Part shown: in pieces, positions 55,289 through 64,000 of the stretch
Position numbering within the stretch: position 1 is the first letter of the stretch
How the letters are laid out: each line of letters opens with the position of its first letter
Assembly: GCA_963823345.1 (NCBI GenBank)
Contig: CAWGLE010000004.1
Coordinates: 62,342-126,341, forward strand
Direction of reading: 5' to 3'
Length of the DNA: 64,000 nt
Source: Candidatus Sulfomarinibacteraceae bacterium
GTDB taxonomy: Bacteria; Acidobacteriota; Thermoanaerobaculia; Thermoanaerobaculales; Sulfomarinibacteraceae
Program-made: the position numbers and the translations under genes
Notes under the pieces: model-generated
What the model was told of the DNA's origin: nothing
Seen by the model: the letters and a program-made list of their open reading frames with translations, nothing else
Databases searched by the model: none

Positions 55289-55714
55289 TCAGCCGGGGAG
55301 AAGTTCCCCGGCCAATTCCTCCCTCAGGAGACTGCGCACACGGGTCTCGATGTCTCGAGCGACGCGGAGGTACAGGGACTCGTCCTCGCCGAACGGATCT
55401 GGAACAGGCCAGTTCATCTGCAGGGCATGCGGCCCGCACGGAATAACCTGATGGAGTGGGCCGCCCACCATCGACACCACCACGTCGAAGTCGGTGGTGT
55501 CGACTGCGTCCAGGCCCTTCGAAGAGAGCCCCTCGGTCGGGTACCCGAGACGCCGCAGGGTGTCGACGGTCGGACCCGCAATGAAACCGGCCGGAGCGAG
55601 CCCTGCCGATCGAGCCTCGACCCGGTCGCCGCCGAGGCTGCGGGCCATGGCCTCGGCCATCGGTGACCGGCAGCTGTTGCCGATGCAGACGAAGAGGAGC
55701 CTGAGGCGGGGCAT
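55289..55714 (-). CDS. Low-molecular-weight protein-tyrosine phosphatase / ArsC-like (LMWPc)
   Basis: 141 aa. P-loop LFVCIGNSCRSPMAEA (CX5R-S) and the downstream DP motif (WPVPDPFG). Confidence 0.85.
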   Translation of the reverse strand: MPRLRLLFVCIGNSCRSPMAEAMARSLGGDRVEARSAGLAPAGFIAGPTVDTLRRLGYPTEGLSSKGLDAVDTTDFDVVVSMVGGPLHQVIPCGPHALQMNWPVPDPFGEDESLYLRVARDIETRVRSLLREELAGELLPG

Positions 55715-55762
55715 GCCCGCATTGTACAGGTGTCAAACTTCTGTGTTGGTCGGGCTTTGCGA

Positions 55763-55791
55763 TTGACCCAAGGGCGACTCCGAGATAGCCT
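55763..55791 (+). promoter_or_regulatory. Candidate promoter of the downstream hypothetical gene
   Basis: TTGACC (55763-68), a 17-nt spacer, then TAGCCT (55786-91). GGAGGG follows at 55800-05. Confidence 0.45.
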
Positions 55792-55817
55792 TGACGACTG
55801 GAGGGAATCGATTCGCT

Positions 55818-56510
55818 GTGGTTCTGACTGGCTACAACACAGACATCGAGTACTCCGGCACGGTTTATCACGTCCAAACAGAGGACAAGGGGCAAAACAA
55901 CCCCCTCGTGGAATCCCTCGTTTACACCGCCGGAGAGATCCTCTACACGCGGCGGACGCCCTACCACGACCTGATCGCCGAGGAGGTCGACAAGGGTGCG
56001 GTTGCGACCCTCATGGAACGCCAACACCGCACGATCGTCCAGGCCGTTCAGGCGGGTGGCGTCAACCGTCTGACGGGGACCATCGCGGTCGCCAGTCCTG
56101 ACGACACGACGATTTCCAGCAAGGAGGCGAGGCGGGCGGCCCCCGCAGGCAACGAATCCTCACTCGACCAGGTCATTCTCGACTACCTCGAGGCGCAACG
56201 CGAGCGCGCTCATCTCATCCTGCGGGCGGGCTCCGAACATGAGTTCCACCATGACCGTCCGGCGACGGTCACCGTCATTGGAGAAGACTCGATCGCCCAT
56301 GATCCGGTGTCCGGCGTAACGGTGTCGGTGCTCTATAAATCGACCACAGAACCGCGACGCCTCGTGCTGGCCGAGGGCGAGACGGACAATGCCGGGAGGT
56401 TTACGGCGGAAGTCAAACTCCCCGCGTTCTCGGGTGGCACGTCGGCCGTCGTCATCATCGCCGAATCCGGGCTCGGGCAGTCGGAGATGAAGTACATCGT
56501 GCACCGTTAA
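55818..56510 (+). CDS. Conserved hypothetical protein (N-terminal small domain with YHVQTEDKG motif; C-terminal beta-sandwich-like segment)
   Basis: Track ORF starts at TTG 55791. GTG 55818 is preferred because the candidate -10 overlaps 55791 and GGAGGG lies upstream of 55818. No signal peptide. The C-terminal GVTVSVLYKS...GETDNAGRFTAEVKLP resembles CarboxypepD_reg-like folds (inference). Confidence 0.55.
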   Translation: MVLTGYNTDIEYSGTVYHVQTEDKGQNNPLVESLVYTAGEILYTRRTPYHDLIAEEVDKGAVATLMERQHRTIVQAVQAGGVNRLTGTIAVASPDDTTISSKEARRAAPAGNESSLDQVILDYLEAQRERAHLILRAGSEHEFHHDRPATVTVIGEDSIAHDPVSGVTVSVLYKSTTEPRRLVLAEGETDNAGRFTAEVKLPAFSGGTSAVVIIAESGLGQSEMKYIVHR

Positions 56511-56633
56511 GGAGTCCGGAATTCAGAATTCGGAACAACCGTGCACCAACGCCCCTTCTCCCTGTTCTGAAAGGCAACGGATGCGCCCGCGGATACCGGC
56601 GCGCCGCCGAACGACGAGGGGTGTGAAAAGAGC

Positions 56634-56662
56634 TTGCTCAACAGCGCCATTTTTCGTATAGT
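56634..56662 (+). promoter_or_regulatory. Candidate promoter of the tRNA-Lys/tRNA-Leu(/tig) unit
   Basis: TTGCTC (56634-39), a 17-nt spacer, then TATAGT (56657-62), 13 nt before the tRNA-Lys 5' end. Confidence 0.55.
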
Positions 56663-56675
56663 GACCGTTGGTCGT

Positions 56676-56751
56676 GGGCCGTTAGCTCAATTGGCAGAGC
56701 AAGTGACTCTTAATCACTAGGTTGGAGGTTCGATTCCTCCACGGCTCACCA
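56676..56751 (+). tRNA. tRNA-Lys (anticodon CTT)
   Basis: Hand-folded. Acceptor GGGCCGT/ACGGCTC (one G-U), D-arm GCTC..GAGC, anticodon stem AGTGA/TCACT with loop CTCTTAA, T-arm GGAGG TTCGATT CCTCC, and an encoded CCA. Confidence 0.93.
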
Positions 56752-56761
56752 ACTCCCCACC

Positions 56762-56848
56762 GCGAAAGTGGCGGAACTGGTAGACGCGCGAGACTTAGGA
56801 TCTCGTGGGGATCCCCCCATGGGGGTTCGAGTCCCCCCTTTCGCACCA
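56762..56848 (+). tRNA. tRNA-Leu (anticodon TAG), class II with long variable arm
   Basis: Acceptor GCGAAAG/CTTTCGC, anticodon stem CGAGA/TCTCG with loop CTTAGGA, a long variable arm (GGGGATCCCCCC), T-arm GGGGG TTCGAGT CCCCC, and an encoded CCA. Confidence 0.93.
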
Positions 56849-56877
56849 TCCTGTTCAACTTCGCCGGAGAAACATCC

Positions 56878-58161
56878 ATGCCCTACTCAGTGACACGAGC
56901 AGCAAACCACACGGTGGCGATCACCGCCAATCTCGAGCCCGAGGCCGTGAGCCGGGAACGCGAGCACATTCTACGCAAGATCCGGCGCGCCGCCAACGTC
57001 CCGGGGTTCCGGCCCGGCAAGGCCCCCGACGCCGCGGTTCGCGCGCGCTATGCCGGCGCGATCAGGGAAGAGCTCCAGGAACATCTCACCGGGGTCCTGT
57101 GGCACGAGATCCTCGACGGTGAGAGCGACCTGGAGCCGCTCACCGAACCCGAGATCAAGGATCTCGAATTCTCCGAGGACGGCGGGTTTCGTTTCACCGC
57201 CGAACTCGAGGTGCGGCCGCAGTACGAGCTGCCGGAGATCGGCCCGCTCGAACTCCCGCCGGTGTCGCTCGAGGTGAGTGATGCCGAGATCGACGGCGAA
57301 CTGGTCAAGGTGGCCGAGGAGCAGTCGGTGTGGGAACCTGCCGAGGGAACGCGGGCCGCCGACGGAATGCTGATCGAAGTCGATCTCGAAGGGAGGGTCG
57401 AGGACAGCGAGGAGGAGCCGTACTCCGAAAACGGGGCCTCCTTCGTGCTCGGTTCGGAACGCGTCCCTCCGGAAATCAACGAGGCCCTGCAGGGCGCCGT
57501 GGTCGGCGACCGTAAAGAGGCGTCCAAGACCCTGCCCGAGGATCTGGAAGACCCGGCCAAGGCCGGCAAAACCGTGCGCTATGAAATCCTCGTCAAGGGG
57601 CTGAAGAAGAAGGTGGTGCCGGAGATCGACGACGAGCTGGCGGTGACTCTCGGTTTGGAAAGCCTCGACGATCTGCGGCAGAGGATCTCGGGCGTGCTTG
57701 AACAACAGAAGCGATCGGCCCGGCGTTCCGGGTGGCGGCGGTTCATCCTCGACCACCTCGAACAGGGCATCGATGTAGGGGATTTGCCGCCGTCCCTGGT
57801 CCACTCGACGCTCCGCGAACAGCTCGACCGCTACGCCTACACGATGGCCATGCAGGGCGTCGACGTGAATCCCGAAAAGATCAACTGGCAGGAAATCGCC
57901 GCGAAGGCCGAACCGGCTGCACGTCAGGAGGTGTTGGACACCCTGATCCTCGAGACCCTGACCCGGTCCTGGGAAATCGCCGTGCCCGAAGCCGCGGTCG
58001 ATGCCTATATCGCAGCGGAGGCGGCCCGCCTCGGCGTGCCGCCGGCGGAGCACACCGCGAATCTCGCGGCCGATCACCGGCTGGAGAGGGTCCGTCACGG
58101 AGCGCGCATCGCAGCGACGGTTGATGAGATGATCCGCCGCGCCGGCGGGGAGGTGGACTGA
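56878..58161 (+). CDS. tig: Trigger factor (ribosome-associated chaperone/PPIase)
   Basis: Start at ATG 56878, 29 nt after tRNA-Leu. N-terminal ribosome-binding motif [10 protein letters not shown]. Canonical position before clpP-clpX-lon. Confidence 0.92.
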   Translation: MPYSVTRAANHTVAITANLEPEAVSREREHILRKIRRAANVPGFRPGKAPDAAVRARYAGAIREELQEHLTGVLWHEILDGESDLEPLTEPEIKDLEFSEDGGFRFTAELEVRPQYELPEIGPLELPPVSLEVSDAEIDGELVKVAEEQSVWEPAEGTRAADGMLIEVDLEGRVEDSEEEPYSENGASFVLGSERVPPEINEALQGAVVGDRKEASKTLPEDLEDPAKAGKTVRYEILVKGLKKKVVPEIDDELAVTLGLESLDDLRQRISGVLEQQKRSARRSGWRRFILDHLEQGIDVGDLPPSLVHSTLREQLDRYAYTMAMQGVDVNPEKINWQEIAAKAEPAARQEVLDTLILETLTRSWEIAVPEAAVDAYIAAEAARLGVPPAEHTANLAADHRLERVRHGARIAATVDEMIRRAGGEVD

Positions 58162-58745
58162 TGTTGGTGCCGATGGTAGTCGAACAGACCAGTCGCGGCG
58201 AACGCGCGTACGACATTTTTTCGCGGCTTCTCAAGGACAATGTGATCTTTCTCGGGTCGCCGATCGATGATCAGGTGGCTTCGCTCGTCATCGCTCAGAT
58301 GCTCTTCCTGGAAGCCGAAAAGCCGGAAAAAGACATTTACCTCTACATCAACACGCCCGGGGGGTCGATCACGGCCGGACTCGCCATCTACGACACGATG
58401 CGGTACGTCAAACCCGACGTGTCGACCATCGCCCTCGGTCAAGCGGCGTCGATGGGGGCCGTCCTCTTGGCCGGAGGCGCCGAGGGCAAACGCTTCGCGC
58501 TTCCCCACAGTCGCGTGCTCCTCCACCAGCCTTTGATGTCGGGTCTCCAGGGACAGGCCTCGGACATCGACATCCACGCCAAGGACATCATGCGGTTGCG
58601 GGTGCGGCTCAACGAGATTCTCGCCCACCACACCGGACAGCCCGTCGACAAGGTGAACGGCGATACCGAGCGCGATTTCATCCTCGAGGCGGAGGCCGCC
58701 CTGGCCTACGGGCTGATCGACAAGATCATTGTTTCCAGAGAGTAG
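58161..58745 (+). CDS. clpP: ATP-dependent Clp protease proteolytic subunit
   Basis: 194 aa. [21 protein letters not shown], catalytic GQAASMGA (Ser), LLHQP (His), RDF (Asp). Confidence 0.97.
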   Translation: MLVPMVVEQTSRGERAYDIFSRLLKDNVIFLGSPIDDQVASLVIAQMLFLEAEKPEKDIYLYINTPGGSITAGLAIYDTMRYVKPDVSTIALGQAASMGAVLLAGGAEGKRFALPHSRVLLHQPLMSGLQGQASDIDIHAKDIMRLRVRLNEILAHHTGQPVDKVNGDTERDFILEAEAALAYGLIDKIIVSRE

Positions 58746-58805
58746 CCACGACGGAAAGGTTTCTGTGAGAAGGCATTTGATATACAATGATGCGAGGAGG
58801 ACCTG

Positions 58806-60041
58806 ATGTCCCAGCGCGACGGTGACATGCTGCGTTGCAGCTTCTGCGGCAAAAGCCAGCACGAGGTGCGCAAGCTGATTGCCGGACCGACTGTGTACAT
58901 CTGCAACGAGTGCGTCGAGGTCTGTCTCGACATCATCGCCGAAGACCGGGTCCACGAAGCGAAAACCCGCGACAAGATCCTGCCGAAGCCCCACGAGATC
59001 AAGAACCATCTCGACGAGTACGTGATCGGTCAAGAGTCGGCCAAGAAGAAACTCTCGGTGGCGGTCTACAACCACTACCGCCGCATCGAGTACCAGTCCG
59101 GCCGCGGCCGCAACGACGTCGAGCTTTCGAAGTCGAACATCCTTCTCATCGGTCCGACCGGAACCGGCAAGACCCTGCTCGCCCAGACCCTGGCCCGGCA
59201 GCTGCAGGTGCCTTTCACCATCGTTGACGCCACCACGCTGACCGAGGCCGGCTACGTCGGCGAAGACGTCGAGAACATCCTCCTCCGCCTCTATCAAGCC
59301 GCCGGAGGCGACCGCGAAGCGGCCGAGCGTGGGATCGTCTACGTCGACGAGATCGACAAGGTCGCACGCAAGGCCGAAAACCCGTCGATCACCCGCGACG
59401 TGTCCGGTGAGGGCGTCCAGCAGGCGCTGCTGAAGATCCTCGAGGGAACGGTGGCCAACGTGCCGCCACAAGGTGGACGAAAACACCCGCACCAGGAATT
59501 CCTGCAGATCGACACGACCAACATTCTCTTCATCTGCGGCGGCGCGTACGTCGGGCTCGACGACGTGATCGCGGAACGACTCAACCAGAAGCGTCTCGGT
59601 TTCGGCGTTGAACTCGCCATCAACGAGCCGAAGTCCGGCGATCTTCTCGACCAGGTCCATCCCGAGGACCTGATCCGGTACGGCATGATCCCGGAGTTCG
59701 TCGGCAGAATTCCGGTTGTCGCGAGCCTCCACGAGCTCGATCATGAGGCCCTGGTGAGGATTCTCACCGAGCCCAAAAACTGTCTCGTCCGCCAGTATCA
59801 GACCATCCTGTCCTTCGAGGGCGTGGATCTTTCGTTCACGCCGGACGCCCTCGACGCGGTGGCCGAGGAGGCCTTCGCACGCAAGGTCGGGGCCCGCGGT
59901 CTGAGAATTATCCTCGAAGAGTTGATGCTGGACATCATGTACCAGATCCCATCACTGCCCGATCTCAAGGAACTGGTGATTTCACGGGACGTCGTGGAAC
60001 GTCGAGTGCCACCGCTGCCGGTCGTCCGCAAGGTCAGCTAG
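58806..60041 (+). CDS. clpX: ATP-dependent Clp protease ATP-binding subunit ClpX
   Basis: 411 aa. Zinc ribbon [27 protein letters not shown], Walker [22 protein letters not shown], and GYVGED in the pore-loop region. Confidence 0.97.
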   Translation: MSQRDGDMLRCSFCGKSQHEVRKLIAGPTVYICNECVEVCLDIIAEDRVHEAKTRDKILPKPHEIKNHLDEYVIGQESAKKKLSVAVYNHYRRIEYQSGRGRNDVELSKSNILLIGPTGTGKTLLAQTLARQLQVPFTIVDATTLTEAGYVGEDVENILLRLYQAAGGDREAAERGIVYVDEIDKVARKAENPSITRDVSGEGVQQALLKILEGTVANVPPQGGRKHPHQEFLQIDTTNILFICGGAYVGLDDVIAERLNQKRLGFGVELAINEPKSGDLLDQVHPEDLIRYGMIPEFVGRIPVVASLHELDHEALVRILTEPKNCLVRQYQTILSFEGVDLSFTPDALDAVAEEAFARKVGARGLRIILEELMLDIMYQIPSLPDLKELVISRDVVERRVPPLPVVRKVS

Positions 60042-60047
60042 AATTTA

Positions 60048-60077
60048 CTGCGGCGGTCGGGCGGACCGGCCCCGCAG
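60048..60077 (+). terminator. GC-rich imperfect hairpin between clpX and lon (terminator/attenuator candidate)
   Basis: CTGCGGCGGTC GGGCG GACCGGCCCCGCAG, with a small bulge and no T-run. Confidence 0.3.
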
Positions 60078-60111
60078 CGACAATAACCCGCGCCTGACAA
60101 AGAGCTCACAC

Positions 60112-62511
60112 ATGACATCACAATCCTCTACCGTGCATCTTCCGGTCGTCCCGCTGCGGGACATGGTGGTCTACCCCCACATGATGGCGCCGTTCGTGGT
60201 CGGCCGCCGGCCGTCGGTGGTCGCGCTCGAAACCGCCCTCGCCCGAACCGACAAGAGGATCTTTCTGGCAACCCAGAAGGACCCCAAAATCGATGAGCCC
60301 GGAGCGCCGGATATCTACACCCTCGGCGTCGTGGCCAGGGTTGTCCAGCATCTGCAACTCGCCTCCGGAAACATCAAGGTGATGGTGGAAGGGCTGAGCC
60401 GCGCCCGGGTCGTATCCTTCGATACCGAAAACGACTGCCTGATGGCCGAGGTCGAAAAACTGCGGGTTCAGACCCCGGTCGACGACGCCGTTTCCGACTA
60501 CATGGCGCGGCTCGTCGAACTTTTCAAGGAGTACGCCAAGCTCTCGCATCATCTGTCGGCCGAAGGGGTTCTGGCGTCGTTGCAGACCGACGACCCCGAT
60601 CAGTTCGCCGACATTCTCGCCGCCCACATGTCGCAGCCGACCACCGAAAAACAACAACTCCTCGAGATCCTCAACCCACTCGACCGCATGCAGCGGCTCA
60701 ACGACCTCCTCGACATGGAGATCGAAAAACTCAACATCGACCGCCGGATCTCGTCGCGGGTCAAAAAGCAGATGGAGAAGGCGCAGCGCGAGTACTACCT
60801 TTCCGAAAAGATCAAGGCCATCAACGAGGAGCTTGGCCGCAACGACAACACCGAAGAGCTCGAAGAGCTCAAGCGGCAGGTGGAAGAGTCCGGGATGAGC
60901 GCCGAGGCCAAGGAAAAGGCAGAGATCGAGATCCGGCGCCTCGAGGGTATGCCGCCGGTGTCGGCCGAGGCGGGGGTCTCGCGCAACTACGTGGATTGGC
61001 TGCTCGCGGTGCCCTGGCACAAGGCATCCCGGGAGATCAGGGACATCGCGCGGGCCGAGAAGGTCCTCCATGAAGACCACTATGGTCTGGAGAAGATCAA
61101 GGATCGGATTCTCGAGTTTCTCGCGGTCCGCCAGCTGGTGCGCAAGACGACCGGCACGATCCTGTGCTTTGTCGGACCGCCGGGCACCGGGAAGACCTCG
61201 TTAGCCCGCTCGATCGCGCGTGCTACCGGCCGCAACTTCGTGCGGCTCTCCCTCGGCGGGGTGCGCGACGAGGCCGAAATCCGGGGCCACCGTCGCACCT
61301 ACATCGGCGCCTTTCCGGGGCAGATCATCCAGATGATGCGCAAGGCCGCGACGGTCAACCCGGTGCTGCTGCTCGACGAGGTCGACAAGATGGCGGCCGA
61401 CTTTCGCGGCGACCCGGCAGGCGCGTTGCTCGAGGTCCTCGACCCCGAACAGAACCACACCTTCCACGATCATTACCTGGATGTGGAGTACGACCTGTCG
61501 AAGGTGTTCTTCATCTGCACCGCCAACGTCACCCACTCGATTCCACCCGCCCTGCTCGACCGCATGGAGGTGATCCAGCTGTCGGGCTACACCCAGCAGG
61601 AGAAGATGGAGATCGGGCGCCAGTTCCTGCTGCCGCGCCAGATCGAAAAGCACGGCATGACGAAGTACAAGGTGAGTTTCACCGATGAGGCCGTGATGCT
61701 TCTCATCGAGCGCTACACCCGCGAGGCGGGCGTGCGCAACCTCGAACGCGAGATCGCGTCGATGTGCCGCAAGCTCGCCCGCAAGATCCTCAAGAACAGG
61801 CTCAAGAAAGGCGCGCCCATCGAAGTCACGGAAGCCACGATCGGCGAATTCCTCGGGAAACCGCGTTACCGCACACAGCGGCGGGAGCAGGAACCCGAGG
61901 TCGGCGCCGCGTCCGGCCTCGCCTGGACGCAGGTCGGCGGCGAGCTGTTGTTGACCGAAGCGACACTCATGCGCGGCAAGGGCCAGTTGACCCTCACCGG
62001 CCAATTGGGAGATGTCATGCAGGAGTCGGCCCGCGCGGCGCTGTCGTTTGTCCGTTCGCGCGCGGAAAAGCTCGGCATCGACATCGAGGTCTTCGAAAAG
62101 ACCGACGTGCACGTTCACGTACCCGAGGGCGCGATCCCCAAGGACGGACCGTCCGCCGGTATCACGCTCGCCACCGCCTTGGTGTCTGCGTTCACCAGGA
62201 CTCCGGTGCGGGTCGACCTGGCGATGACGGGCGAGATCACCCTTCGCGGCCACGTCCTGCCGGTGGGCGGCATCAAGGAGAAGATCCTCGCCGCCTACCG
62301 CGCCGGTATTCGTGAAGTGGTGATGCCGGCTGAGAACGAGAAGGACCTCGAAGACATCCTCGAGGATGTTCGCGAAGACATGACGTTTCACTTCGTCGAA
62401 CACATGGACAAAGTGCTCCAGCACGCGCTGGTGGGTGCGGAGGACGCCGATGTCACGGCGCCCTCGGGCGACCCGGAGGCACGGCTCGACCTGCCCCCGG
62501 TGGCTCATTGA
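60112..62511 (+). CDS. lon: ATP-dependent protease Lon
   Basis: 799 aa. LON N-domain ([15 protein letters not shown]), Walker [14 protein letters not shown], catalytic [10 protein letters not shown] (Ser) and [10 protein letters not shown] (Lys). Confidence 0.97.
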   Translation: MTSQSSTVHLPVVPLRDMVVYPHMMAPFVVGRRPSVVALETALARTDKRIFLATQKDPKIDEPGAPDIYTLGVVARVVQHLQLASGNIKVMVEGLSRARVVSFDTENDCLMAEVEKLRVQTPVDDAVSDYMARLVELFKEYAKLSHHLSAEGVLASLQTDDPDQFADILAAHMSQPTTEKQQLLEILNPLDRMQRLNDLLDMEIEKLNIDRRISSRVKKQMEKAQREYYLSEKIKAINEELGRNDNTEELEELKRQVEESGMSAEAKEKAEIEIRRLEGMPPVSAEAGVSRNYVDWLLAVPWHKASREIRDIARAEKVLHEDHYGLEKIKDRILEFLAVRQLVRKTTGTILCFVGPPGTGKTSLARSIARATGRNFVRLSLGGVRDEAEIRGHRRTYIGAFPGQIIQMMRKAATVNPVLLLDEVDKMAADFRGDPAGALLEVLDPEQNHTFHDHYLDVEYDLSKVFFICTANVTHSIPPALLDRMEVIQLSGYTQQEKMEIGRQFLLPRQIEKHGMTKYKVSFTDEAVMLLIERYTREAGVRNLEREIASMCRKLARKILKNRLKKGAPIEVTEATIGEFLGKPRYRTQRREQEPEVGAASGLAWTQVGGELLLTEATLMRGKGQLTLTGQLGDVMQESARAALSFVRSRAEKLGIDIEVFEKTDVHVHVPEGAIPKDGPSAGITLATALVSAFTRTPVRVDLAMTGEITLRGHVLPVGGIKEKILAAYRAGIREVVMPAENEKDLEDILEDVREDMTFHFVEHMDKVLQHALVGAEDADVTAPSGDPEARLDLPPVAH

Positions 62512-62514
62512 TCC

Positions 62515-63117
62515 TTGGAAATCACGGAAGTCGAATTTCGCGGCTCATCGCTGCAGCCGCAGGACCGGCCGGGGGAGTGGTTTCCCCATGTCGCGATCGC
62601 GGGCCGATCCAATGTCGGCAAGTCGAGCCTTCTCAACTGGCTGTTCAAGCAGTCGTTGGCGCGCGTCGCCAAGGCGCCCGGAAAGACACGGACCTTGAAT
62701 TTTTTTCTTGTCAACCGCTCTTTCTACCTCGTGGACCTGCCGGGTTACGGCTACGCCAAGGTCGGAAGGCAGCTGCGCGAGGAGTGGGGCAAGGCCCTCG
62801 GCCAGTACATCGCCACCGAGGAACGCCTCGCCGGCGTCCTGGCCTTGGTGGACATCCGCCATGGCCTGACGGTACGGGATCGCGATCTGCAGGAACTCCT
62901 CGCGGGGGCGGGCTGCGATCGAGCGGTGGTTCTGACCAAGGCCGACAAGGTCGGACGCGGGCAGCGCGCGAAGATGCAACAGGCCGTCCAGCGAGAGCTC
63001 GGTCTGCACGTGCCGCCGTTGGCGGTGAGTGTGCGGACCGGCGAGGGCCGGCGCGAAGTATTGAATCGGATCGACGAAATCGTGTCGATGTGGCGCGAAC
63101 GGCAACGGAGTGAATGA
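62515..63117 (+). CDS. engB: Ribosome biogenesis GTP-binding protein EngB (YsxC/YihA)
   Basis: 200 aa. G1 [28 protein letters not shown] start. Confidence 0.9.
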   Translation: MEITEVEFRGSSLQPQDRPGEWFPHVAIAGRSNVGKSSLLNWLFKQSLARVAKAPGKTRTLNFFLVNRSFYLVDLPGYGYAKVGRQLREEWGKALGQYIATEERLAGVLALVDIRHGLTVRDRDLQELLAGAGCDRAVVLTKADKVGRGQRAKMQQAVQRELGLHVPPLAVSVRTGEGRREVLNRIDEIVSMWRERQRSE

Positions 63118-64000
63118 TGGCAAACAAGAAGAAAAAGACCGATACGGAAGAAGCTGTGGTGATCCCTCTCGACCTCGAGGACGACGAATTCTCCGAGCCG
63201 GCGGGTGAGGAGACCGGAGAGCCCAAGGGGCGTCTCGACCTCAACCAGCTCAAAGAGATGAGCATCAACGAGCTGAGCCAGGCGGCGAAGACTCTCGGAG
63301 TCGAGAACCCGGCCGGTATGCGCCGCCAGGACCTCATCTTCAGCGTTCTCCAGCACCAGACCGAGGCCGAGGGCCTGATATTCGGCGAGGGTGTTCTGGA
63401 AGTCCTGCCCGAGGGCTTCGGCTTTCTTCGCGCGCCGGAGTACAACTATCTTCCGGGGCCTGACGACATCTACGTTTCGCCGTCGCAGATTCGCCGCTTC
63501 AACCTCCACACCGGGGACACGGTCTCGGGTCAGATCCGCCCGCCGAAGGAAGGAGAGCGGTATTTCGCCCTGATCAAGGTGGAAGCGATCAACTTCGAGC
63601 CGCCTGAGGTGGCCATGGAGAAGATCCACTTCGACAACCTGACGCCGCTGTATCCGCAGGATTGGATCCGGCTCGAGGTGCCCGACAACATGACCGCACG
63701 GGTGATGGATCTGGTGACCCCCCTGGGCAAGGGACAACGAGGTCTTCTGGTCGCACCCCCCCGCACCGGGAAGACGATGATGCTGCAGGCGATCGCCAAC
63801 TCGATCACCGCCAACGACCCCGAGGTCGCGCTGATCGTCCTGCTCATCGACGAGCGCCCGGAAGAGGTCACCGACATGGAGCGGTCGGTGACCGGAGAGG
63901 TGATTTCCTCGACCTTTGACGAACCGGCGACCCGCCACGTTCAGGTCGCCGAAATGGTCATCGAAAAGGCCAAACGGCTGGTCGAGCACAAGCGCGACGT
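63114..64000 (+). CDS. rho: Transcription termination factor Rho (N-terminal about 295 aa; continues beyond the window)
   Basis: Hand-translated; not in the track because it is truncated. [53 protein letters not shown], Walker [21 protein letters not shown]. Start is ATG 63114 or 63117, overlapping the engB stop. Confidence 0.93.
   Translation, partial: MMANKKKKTDTEEAVVIPLDLEDDEFSEPAGEETGEPKGRLDLNQLKEMSINELSQAAKTLGVENPAGMRRQDLIFSVLQHQTEAEGLIFGEGVLEVLPEGFGFLRAPEYNYLPGPDDIYVSPSQIRRFNLHTGDTVSGQIRPPKEGERYFALIKVEAINFEPPEVAMEKIHFDNLTPLYPQDWIRLEVPDNMTARVMDLVTPLGKGQRGLLVAPPRTGKTMMLQAIANSITANDPEVALIVLLIDERPEEVTDMERSVTGEVISSTFDEPATRHVQVAEMVIEKAKRLVEHKRD

Noticed and set aside
55727-55736. TTGACA hexamer only 4 nt upstream of the TACAAT in front of the LMW-PTP gene
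   Set aside because: The spacing is incompatible with a -35/-10 pair for the same promoter. It is probably coincidental or belongs to another, unidentified signal.
58095-62508. Several long minus-strand ORFs (58095-59744, 60118-61080, 61201-62508)
   Set aside because: They are antisense to clpP/clpX and lon, all of which carry canonical catalytic and Walker motifs on the plus strand.

Overview
GC-rich bacterial chromosome segment spanning the replication-origin region of a diderm-type bacterium (LptD, TonB-like, YidC). The phylum cannot be assigned from sequence alone. Nearly everything is conserved housekeeping. On the minus strand (about 19-35 kb): dnaA-dnaN-recF-gyrB-gyrA, a CPBP protease, pdxS-pdxT, a crotonase, dprA and trmFO. 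On the plus strand (about 35-50 kb): rpmH-rnpA-yidC-jag-mnmE-mnmG-rsmG-parA-parB, a bactofilin and a partial F1Fo ATP synthase operon (b', b, delta, alpha, gamma, beta, epsilon). Further right are an NSS transporter, tRNA-Pro, lexA, cutA, an RsbW/RsbV-like pair, an ECF sigma/anti-sigma pair, tRNA-Lys, tRNA-Leu, tig-clpP-clpX-lon, engB and rho. The left end holds lptD (partial), ruvX, mltG, hup, a fabL-like gene, uvrA, smpB, a GAF/HD-GYP protein, a DUF4390 plus NtrY-like kinase pair and xerC. I found no CRISPR array, no recognisable defence island, no transposase and no prophage, and I cannot point to a clear-cut new multi-gene system. The items most worth a second look:
- A pseudokinase fused to a TonB C-terminal domain.
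- A 176-bp imperfect palindrome with perfect 16-bp ends that contains the trmFO start codon.
- A 347-bp AT-richer spacer between convergent genes, with 7-mer tandem repeats.
- A 52-bp palindrome between tRNA-Pro and the lexA promoter.
- A candidate oriC in the dnaA-dnaN spacer, plus two parS-like sites.
- A frameshifted GT2 glycosyltransferase.
- A recurring '-10 hexamer, 6-7 nt, start codon' layout suggesting leaderless mRNAs.
- pdxST translationally coupled to a crotonase and an unknown protein.
All calls come from reading the sequence and ORF track by eye and recalling family motifs. No searches or folding were run, and hand-counted coordinates of short motifs may be off by 1-2 nt. Many long ORFs in the track are antisense artefacts of high GC content.
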